IMG/VR virus record: IMGVR_UViG_3300025632_000002
DNA length: 20,000 nucleotides
From: an uncultured virus (IMG/VR IMGVR_UViG_3300025632_000002)
Lineage: Duplodnaviria > Heunggongvirae > Uroviricota > Caudoviricetes > Crassvirales
Reading direction: 5' to 3' (one strand)
A program made the position numbers and the translations under genes. The notes beneath the pieces were generated by a model. The model searched no databases and was not told the origin of the DNA. It worked only from the letters and a program-made list of their open reading frames with translations. Positions within the stretch are counted from its first letter, which is position 1. Every line of letters begins with the position of its first letter. Positions 13,877 through 20,000 of this stretch are shown piece by piece.

Positions 13877-16311
13877 ATGTCCAGCTTAGTATTGACCTCC
13901 AGCTCGTGCGAGAACCGCATACGCATCCAGTTGCCGCTGGAGTCCCGCCCCTCCTCTGGTTTTACACCCGTTTTGTAATCGCTGTATTTGTTCAGCCACC
14001 TGTAGAATTTAATCCTTGACAGAGACTCTCGAGATTTAGGCCCGTAATCGGGGTAGTCCCTTATAAACTCCTCGTACAAGAAGTTTTTGTATACCTTGAC
14101 CCCTACCTCGAGGTATTGGTTGCGCTCGCTATTCTCTACAAGCCCGCACCACTCAAGGAACTCGTGAGAAGTTTCAGTCCCTAGCCGATTTTTTTTGTTG
14201 TTTACCATAGGGCCTACCACCAATCCTTTATTGATGTACATCTGTAAGCAGGAGACCATATAGTTATCAAACTGACACCACTCGTCGTCGTCCCAGTCGC
14301 TGAACATAAGCTTCTTAAACTCGTCCTGTGGGGTAAATGTCTTCGTATAAAACTGATGTAGCTCGAGCTCCCACTTCCTGCGTTCGAAACTGTTGCCGCT
14401 ACCCTTGATAGCATAGTTGGTGGTGATAGCCACCTTTGGGCTTTTATCGAACGGTATTTTGATGGCGTCCTTGTTCTTCTTCTCGAGGGTCAATCCCTCC
14501 GTCACCACTGAGAACAAACGCTCGAACTCGAAATGTTTCCTTACATCATCGAAGCAAAGTATCTGCGTATCTGCCGACACCAGCTGGTAGGCAAAAGAAC
14601 GCTCGAAAGCGAAGCTCTTGCCGTCAATTACGACCATCTTCTTCATCTGCGAAAGAGCATTCATAAAGATACCCTTCCCCGTTCCTCCCTCTGGATTGTC
14701 GCTTATAACCTCGTCATTGAGTATTACTGCGGGGCAGTAGCTGAGGTTCTTGTAGCCGTGCATCATATAACCTATTGTGCTCTCCATCGAGGTAATTCGA
14801 GCTTGGTCCCCGTTGCATATATTGGATATAAATACCGTGTAGTCGCATCCTTTTATTTCGCATACTTCAAAATTCCTGTCTATTACGTGGTCTTTCCATA
14901 CGTAACCATCTAGGTCAAGATAGTCAATTGGTTTGATATCTTTTCCTGAGATACGTACCGCCCGATTGCGGTAGTATAGATACGCGGTGTCCTTGGTGTC
15001 CGCGATAAAGAGTACTTCGATGGAGCTGAGGAGCGTAAGGAATTCTTCCCTAAAGTATTTCGTGTTCTCCGCGAAGTAATTGTACACCGCCATATCGTCG
15101 AGCTCAAGGAGGTGGTCAAGGATAAAGTCTTTAATCTCTTTCTCGGAAGTGTGGTCGATGAGGTTGTTGGTGACGCGTACGAAGATATAGTTCTTGCTGC
15201 CTTCAGGGCAGTACTTAAAGAACCCGTTTTCCTCCAAGAAATCTTTAAAGAGTATGTGGACTATCTTGATGACGCCCTTCTCGGATTTTTCCCAAAAGGT
15301 TTGGCTTGCCTGTTCTTTTTCTAGCGCATCGATAACGCTATCTATTTCTCCGCCCTCAATCGACAAGTCTTCTAGTTGAGAGCGGATTTCTTTTTTTGAC
15401 ACACCACGTCGTAGCTTGTTCTTGACTTGGTTTAACCTGTCTTCATCCTCGTAGCACTTCGTGTTGAAGTTAGCGGTCTGGCTGTACGCTGAAGCTACCG
15501 TAGCCTTTATCTCTTTTTCTTTGAAGTCGTCGCTTTGGTAGCGCGATAAGACGTACTCGGCAAGCGAACGGTTGATACCGAAATCGTTGAACGCTGCGGC
15601 CAGTATATATGTGTTCTGATTGCGCTGTCCCTCGACCATAGGGTACTTACGCTCCCACCACTTAACCAGACGCTCCACTACTTTATTTTCGTCGGTGATA
15701 GGTATAGTAGGCGCATCCATATGCCTGTGTACAGGCGTGTACTCTATCTCGTCAACCCTATCCCATACGCTGGCTTTTTCGTTGATATGGATAAGCGGGT
15801 CGTGCGATTCATAACAAACCCTACTTATATTTTTCGAAGTGGTATCGAAATGGGAGTTCTGATAAAATCGCTCAAGCGAGTTAAAGAAATTCTTATGGTT
15901 CTCTATATCGGATGGGACCTTGACCAATACCTTGAGGCCATTGCCGCTAGGAGATATAAATACCGCATAGCTGTATTTGCTTTCGCTCAGCTTTTTCTTA
16001 TCGCTCAATAAGTCCTTCTTCTTTTCGTATCCGTCGAAGTCGAGACAGATGAGTCCGCTGTGTTCTTGTATGGCAGAGTCCAATCGTTTCGTAAACGTAC
16101 CGCTAAAGCAAATCGCGGGCAGCTGTTTCTTAAGCTCGTTGCGCTCGGCTTTGCGCTTCTCTGCGCGTACCTTTTTTATGATGTCTTTGGTCGGAGTAGC
16201 GACTCCGTTGCTGTTCGCTCCTTCGCGAATCCTGTCCAATACCACAGTTACATCCCTGTAGAATGGGGTGGATGTATCTTGGATATTGCGAAATATGGTG
16301 ATTTGATGCAT
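13873..16311 (-). CDS. Primase-helicase (BT4734/VirE-N-like primase, PriCT-like domain, SF3-like P-loop helicase)
   Basis: KKQLPAICFSG, SGLICLDFD, FISPSGNGLKVLV and SRVCYESHDP (BT4734-like AEP); GQRNQNTYILAA (PriCT-like); GGTGKG Walker A, LCFDD Walker B, ITTN sensor and SFERR Arg finger. Confidence 0.88.
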   Translation of the reverse strand: MHQITIFRNIQDTSTPFYRDVTVVLDRIREGANSNGVATPTKDIIKKVRAEKRKAERNELKKQLPAICFSGTFTKRLDSAIQEHSGLICLDFDGYEKKKDLLSDKKKLSESKYSYAVFISPSGNGLKVLVKVPSDIENHKNFFNSLERFYQNSHFDTTSKNISRVCYESHDPLIHINEKASVWDRVDEIEYTPVHRHMDAPTIPITDENKVVERLVKWWERKYPMVEGQRNQNTYILAAAFNDFGINRSLAEYVLSRYQSDDFKEKEIKATVASAYSQTANFNTKCYEDEDRLNQVKNKLRRGVSKKEIRSQLEDLSIEGGEIDSVIDALEKEQASQTFWEKSEKGVIKIVHILFKDFLEENGFFKYCPEGSKNYIFVRVTNNLIDHTSEKEIKDFILDHLLELDDMAVYNYFAENTKYFREEFLTLLSSIEVLFIADTKDTAYLYYRNRAVRISGKDIKPIDYLDLDGYVWKDHVIDRNFEVCEIKGCDYTVFISNICNGDQARITSMESTIGYMMHGYKNLSYCPAVILNDEVISDNPEGGTGKGIFMNALSQMKKMVVIDGKSFAFERSFAYQLVSADTQILCFDDVRKHFEFERLFSVVTEGLTLEKKNKDAIKIPFDKSPKVAITTNYAIKGSGNSFERRKWELELHQFYTKTFTPQDEFKKLMFSDWDDDEWCQFDNYMVSCLQMYINKGLVVGPMVNNKKNRLGTETSHEFLEWCGLVENSERNQYLEVGVKVYKNFLYEEFIRDYPDYGPKSRESLSRIKFYRWLNKYSDYKTGVKPEEGRDSSGNWMRMRFSHELEVNTKLDI

Positions 16312-16494
16312 AAATGTGTAGGCTTATGTAGACTTGGTGTAGACTTTGTGTAGCCAATTAAAGGCTAACTTATTGATAACCAATACCAGTGTTAAGAATG
16401 TTAACTTTTACTCTACTCTAGTGAGAAAAAAAATATATATACAGTAGTAATATATATATATATATAAGGGGACGTAAAGTCAACACACATCACT
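16312..16494. other. Putative replication origin
   Basis: Non-coding and AT-rich, with (TA)8 at 16451-16466 and an A8 run. It is flanked by the imperfect inverted repeat TGTTAACTTTTAC (16399-16411) / GTAAAGTCAACA (16474-16485) and lies next to the primase-helicase gene. Confidence 0.5.
16316..16353 (+). repeat. Four helically phased direct repeats (G/A)TGTAG(RCTT), iteron-like
   Basis: TGTAG starts at 16317, 16327, 16338 and 16349 (spacing 10, 11, 11), immediately upstream of the primase start. Confidence 0.7.
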
Positions 16495-16538
16495 CGATAG
16501 AAAAGGGGTTGAGGAACAGACACCCCAACCCCCTATCG
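16495..16538 (-). terminator. Putative hairpin/intrinsic terminator after the SSB-like gene
   Basis: GGGGTTG (16505-16511) pairs with CAACCCC (16526-16532), extended by CGATAG/CTATCG. There is only a short U4 tail on the - strand. Confidence 0.5.
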
Positions 16539-16551
16539 TTATGGTATCGAA

Positions 16552-16809
16552 TTAGAACGGAGATTCCTCCGCCTCTTCTTTCTTCTTGCCCTTGCTGGGG
16601 TCAGGGACGAAGGTGTCAAGCAAGAGGTTGTACCCCCCTGCTTTACGTGGAGCAAGCGTGAAGCGTACCTCACCGCGTTCGGTCTTGTGTTCTTCTAAGA
16701 ACTTCACGAATTCTTCAACACGTACTACTACGTTACCTGTGACCCAGTCGGGTGCTTCTTTGCGTGGTTCATAGATATTGAACCCTTCAGCATAAATTGT
16801 ATCTGACAT
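16552..16809 (-). CDS. Small putative single-stranded DNA-binding protein
   Basis: Beta-rich core with an acidic tail ending EEAEESPF, downstream of the SSAP and exonuclease genes. I prefer the ATG at 16809 to the track's TTG at 16830. Confidence 0.6.
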   Translation of the reverse strand: MSDTIYAEGFNIYEPRKEAPDWVTGNVVVRVEEFVKFLEEHKTERGEVRFTLAPRKAGGYNLLLDTFVPDPSKGKKKEEAEESPF

Positions 16810-16870
16810 AGATATGATTTTATTCCCCAAATTAATAACCTCACCCCATCGGGGACATAGAGCTCGGCTT

Positions 16871-17629
16871 TTATAGTGTCTCTCTGATGATATACGACTC
16901 TAAATTGTCAGTGGCATTTTCTCCGAAGAACTGCTCGTATACCTTTAGTGCTCGCTCGACCTTCTCCTCACCACCACGCACGAAGGCTTCGCTAGGCTCA
17001 TAGATACCTACCTGTGCGCTCTTCTTGTCGATGGCATAGAACACCAATGGCTTACCGAATATATTCTGGTATATATAGCACTGGCTGTCGTAGTTGTATT
17101 TCTTCGCTGAGAAGCGGAACTCCTTGATGTTGCTCGTGGTCTTTAGGTCGATGATGCAATCCTTGGATATGATGTCGGCTTTCCCTTTCCACCATACGCC
17201 ATTAAACTGCTTCACGCCTGGCACCTCGAAGACGTTTTCATTCAAGTAAATCTGCTGGTACAGCTCGAAGTTCGTCATCATAACGTTGACCAAGTAGTCC
17301 ATCTCTTGCTTCTCTTTCTCAAGAAGCAAGACCTCTTTGCCGCTGTCTTCAATTGCCCTCTTGTACACGTTAGTATTGCGAGAGTAACTATCTACGAACT
17401 GCCAATCCTTGACCTTCTCAGGCTCGAGAATCGATTGGTGGAAGTACCTACCCTTGGCGAACGCTTGGTTGTCAGGTCGGCTGATGCGGAACTCACGCGG
17501 GTTACTCAGCAGAGAGCCTACGTCTGAGTTCGATATGAACTTCTTACCGAAATCGCCATAGTAGTCGTTGTCGTCACGTAGACGTTCAATAGCCTTAGCT
17601 ACCTGTTCCTTCGTGAGCTTACTCAGCAT
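16871..17629 (-). CDS. RecE/exonuclease VIII-like PD-(D/E)XK exonuclease (DUF3799-like)
   Basis: ISNS, GRYFHQSILEP, KGKADII, IIDLKTT and YNYDSQCYIY motifs. Confidence 0.85.
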   Translation of the reverse strand: MLSKLTKEQVAKAIERLRDDNDYYGDFGKKFISNSDVGSLLSNPREFRISRPDNQAFAKGRYFHQSILEPEKVKDWQFVDSYSRNTNVYKRAIEDSGKEVLLLEKEKQEMDYLVNVMMTNFELYQQIYLNENVFEVPGVKQFNGVWWKGKADIISKDCIIDLKTTSNIKEFRFSAKKYNYDSQCYIYQNIFGKPLVFYAIDKKSAQVGIYEPSEAFVRGGEEKVERALKVYEQFFGENATDNLESYIIRETL

Positions 17630-18212
17630 CTGCTATGGCCTTCTTAAAAGATTTCTTCACTGAGGCCGTGACCTTGTACTTAGAACCAATCTCTTCGACG
17701 AGGGCTTCTAAACCCTTGGCTTTGTTTTTTACGATATACTTTAGAACCTTGTCCCAGTTCTCATCGTCTACGTCAAGCTTCAAAAGCTTCTTTTCCTTTG
17801 GAGCTTCTTCTTGTGTCGGCTCCGACACACTTTCTTCGCCCGTCCATAAGCTTAATCCCAAACCGTGAAGCGCAATCGCCTTGACTGTAGAGCGCATAAT
17901 GGTGTCGTTGATATCGCGAGAAGTGACCTTTTCGATATTGATGGAGTTATTGCGGTTGTCCATCACAGGCAAGTAGTCGATATGTTCGAGACCGTTAACT
18001 ATCAAGCCTACCTTTACATAAGCAGTAACGCCATCGGTAAAATAGTTTAGACCCGTGTGCTCGCTTTCGTAAACTATGCGCTGTGCGCTAGGATAATGCG
18101 TTTTAAGGATATGCCACGCGTGTGACCAAGGTAGGTAGTTAAGGTGTCCTTTCTTTTTTACCTTCTCTTTTACGCTTATTGCGCTGAGAGTTTTGTATGA
18201 ATTGTTTTCCAT
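17619..18212 (-). CDS. Sak-like (DUF1071/Rad52-fold) single-strand annealing protein
   Basis: KKGHLNYLPWSHAW, LPVMDNRN and INDTIMRSTVKAIALHGLGLSLWTGE. Confidence 0.85.
   Translation of the reverse strand: MENNSYKTLSAISVKEKVKKKGHLNYLPWSHAWHILKTHYPSAQRIVYESEHTGLNYFTDGVTAYVKVGLIVNGLEHIDYLPVMDNRNNSINIEKVTSRDINDTIMRSTVKAIALHGLGLSLWTGEESVSEPTQEEAPKEKKLLKLDVDDENWDKVLKYIVKNKAKGLEALVEEIGSKYKVTASVKKSFKKAIADAE
17813..17828. promoter_or_regulatory. Palindromic site GTGTCG-N4-CGACAC, copy 6
   Basis: GTGTCG GCTC CGACAC. The reverse complement shares 21 nt (TGTGTCGGAGCCGACACAAGA) with copies 1 and 2 and encodes the same VSEPTQE in an unrelated protein. Confidence 0.6.
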
Positions 18213-18601
18213 TTTTGTTCCTCTATTTTTTGGAGTTTTTCTTTTGATTTTTTGAGCTGTTGCTGGAGCGAAGAAGTATGACTTGGTCGCTCGAAATCGT
18301 CATCCTCTATCTTTTTTAACAAGGATGTTATTTTGTTCTTGTAGTTCTCTATGCATACGTTGTACACACCGAGCCGCCACCCTTCTTGTTCGAATACAGA
18401 GTACTCTCTGCTGGTGACCTCGTCGTAGTAGTCCCCCTGTAACATCGTGTTATAAATAGTTATGGTCTTCTTTTTATTTGACCTAACTATCTTTACTCCG
18501 TACAAAAGGTACCCCTCCGATTCGTCGCTGCCTAATTGGATGCTGTATGCATCGTTCTTTGCCAGCTCGTATATTTCTCGGAGGTCATATACTTTCGACA
18601 A
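18176..18601 (-). CDS. Hypothetical phage protein (141 aa) with C-terminal coiled coil
   Basis: Operon packing; no recognised motif. Confidence 0.7.
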   Translation of the reverse strand: MSKVYDLREIYELAKNDAYSIQLGSDESEGYLLYGVKIVRSNKKKTITIYNTMLQGDYYDEVTSREYSVFEQEGWRLGVYNVCIENYKNKITSLLKKIEDDDFERPSHTSSLQQQLKKSKEKLQKIEEQKWKTIHTKLSAQ

Positions 18602-18875
18602 AGCGGGCTATCTCAGGGTCGTGGTCATACATCTCTTTCGCTTTCTTCTTACCATATATAATGGTAGAGTGCAGAGGAGATGAGCCTGTGCGTTCTTCTA
18701 AGAACTTCTGTATGTAGGAGATGGGTATGTCTTTTTTCTCGCATACAAGGAAGAATACTTGACGTGGCTCACTGCTCACGCGCTTCTTACTCATACTAAG
18801 AGCGACATCCTCGTCTACACCGAATTGCTTGCATACCTCTGTGAGATACTCAGGCATTTTATTGTGATTTAACAT
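18585..18875 (-). CDS. Stand-alone DnaA domain IV-like HTH protein
   Basis: VCKQFGVDEDVALSMSKKRVSSEPRQVFFLVC...HSTIIYGKKK matches the DnaA_C pattern V...f.v....l.s..R.......RQ...HsTv. Confidence 0.7.
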   Translation of the reverse strand: MLNHNKMPEYLTEVCKQFGVDEDVALSMSKKRVSSEPRQVFFLVCEKKDIPISYIQKFLEERTGSSPLHSTIIYGKKKAKEMYDHDPEIARFVESI

Positions 18876-18901
18876 AGGGGTTATTGAATTTTATTATTGA
18901 T

Positions 18902-18932
18902 TAAAGATAAGGAATGAACGCGGATTAAACAA
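18902..18932 (-). promoter_or_regulatory. Putative Bacteroidota-type sigma70 promoter
   Basis: The - strand reads TTG-N20-TATCTTTA, against the known consensus TTG-N19-21-TAnnTTTG (one mismatch), about 27 nt upstream of the 18875 start. Confidence 0.5.
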
Positions 18933-19024
18933 GTATTGGTTACTTTTTCTTTTCGTTATATCCGCGCTTTTTATTGCCCCATTCGTATATGTGACGCGCC
19001 CATTCGTTAAAGTCTTTGGCGGGA

Positions 19025-19999
19025 TTAGGGGGCAACGCCGTGAGCTTTGCTTTCGGTTTCTTCTTCGATAGATTCATTGGTTAGATTTACGTTATACATA
19101 TCTTTTATCTCTTTAGCCATAGTCAGATAGCGGGTTGCCGCTTCATCCAACTTGCCCTGCTCTTCTTCCAAGCGTACAGCCAAGTTAGCAACAGATGAAG
19201 TAAGCTTTATTGTGGCATTATAAAAGTTGGCATAATCCTCTAGTTTATCAAGAAGCTCCTCAGCCTTCTTGTACGGGAGGTTGTCTACCACTATATCAGC
19301 ATCACCCCTGTTGGGGTACAGCTTCAATCTCTCTTCTTCATTGATGTCCACAAAGAATCTGCGGTATCGCTTTCCTTTGTACTTATACACACCATACTTG
19401 CGCGGGGCGGGGCGTTCATATGAATCTATGAAATCATTGAGCACTTTGTCGCTCAGACGTCTCGTCAAGTAGTCCTTTTGGCATAGAGACAACAGGTCAT
19501 CGATGCCTCGGTGACAAGCAGTCTCCAGGAACTTCTCTAGATTAGAGTAAGCCTTCTCTAGTTCTTCAGGCAAACTGTGAGCCGCCTCTATCAATGATGA
19601 GAAGCAAGACACATAATAGACTACTTTGCTTTCGCCATTGCGCGTAATGAACACATCGTATGAGCCGTACTCATCCTTCTTTAGGTAGTAATCGCCCGCT
19701 TGAATAAACTTGTGACGCATAAGAGGTGAGCCGTCAGCTATGGTGTAGTGCTTGGTCTCCTTGTCATAACTGAAGTAATCGCCACGCTTGAATGACTTTC
19801 GTGCCTTGCGTATGGTATCTGCTATTCGGTAAAGTTCATTGCGGAAAGCAACACGCACGTGTTGCTTATACCCATACTCTATTTCAAAGTTGAACTCGTG
19901 CTTTTCCTGCGAGGTGAAGTCCATCAAGAAGGGAGGGTTGTCGCTAAATAAATCATATGACGCACTGCGGGCGCGTGCGTCAACATCATTATCCGACAT
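19025..19999 (-). CDS. Hypothetical protein (at least 324 aa, possibly 5'-truncated)
   Basis: Long ORF reaching the window edge; Tyr-rich with a C-terminal coiled coil; no family recognised. Confidence 0.75.
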   Translation of the reverse strand: MSDNDVDARARSASYDLFSDNPPFLMDFTSQEKHEFNFEIEYGYKQHVRVAFRNELYRIADTIRKARKSFKRGDYFSYDKETKHYTIADGSPLMRHKFIQAGDYYLKKDEYGSYDVFITRNGESKVVYYVSCFSSLIEAAHSLPEELEKAYSNLEKFLETACHRGIDDLLSLCQKDYLTRRLSDKVLNDFIDSYERPAPRKYGVYKYKGKRYRRFFVDINEEERLKLYPNRGDADIVVDNLPYKKAEELLDKLEDYANFYNATIKLTSSVANLAVRLEEEQGKLDEAATRYLTMAKEIKDMYNVNLTNESIEEETESKAHGVAP

Positions 20000-20000
20000 C

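Noticed and set aside
16451..16466. (TA)8 as a eukaryotic microsatellite or assembly artefact
   Set aside because: The context is compact, intron-free phage-like coding DNA, so it is better explained as part of an AT-rich origin element. An artefact cannot be excluded without reads.
13080..19472. Plus-strand and alternate-frame ORFs overlapping the replication genes (e.g. 14533-14913, 15721-16011, 16130-16357)
   Set aside because: They lie wholly or mostly within well-supported genes and have no recognisable protein features.

Overview
This 20 kb window looks like part of a tailed dsDNA phage genome, probably infecting Bacteroidota (inferred from the lack of obvious Shine-Dalgarno motifs, a TTG-N20-TAnnTTT(A) promoter-like site and a BT4734-type primase). 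The left half (+ strand) holds the end of an upstream gene and a 3510-aa giant protein resembling a polyvalent, virion-ejected protein. Recognisable modules in it are a GrpE-head-like domain, an HExxH zincin peptidase, an ADP-ribosyltransferase-like domain and an HhH-glycosylase-like domain, separated by DNA direct repeats and repeated PR(Q/M)Q linkers. The right half (- strand) is a convergent replication/recombination operon: two DnaA-domain-IV-like HTH proteins, a Sak-like annealing protein, a RecE-like exonuclease, an SSB-like protein, a putative origin, a primase-helicase, an SNF2-like helicase, VRR-NUC, a PD-(D/E)XK nuclease and an unannotated 30-aa membrane peptide. The most striking unexplained signal is a palindrome, GTGTCG-N4-CGACAC, present six times (five perfect) inside coding regions, in all three reading frames and in both gene blocks. 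I also found no GATC, CCGG or CATG by manual scan. All family assignments come from motif recognition by eye, not from database searches.
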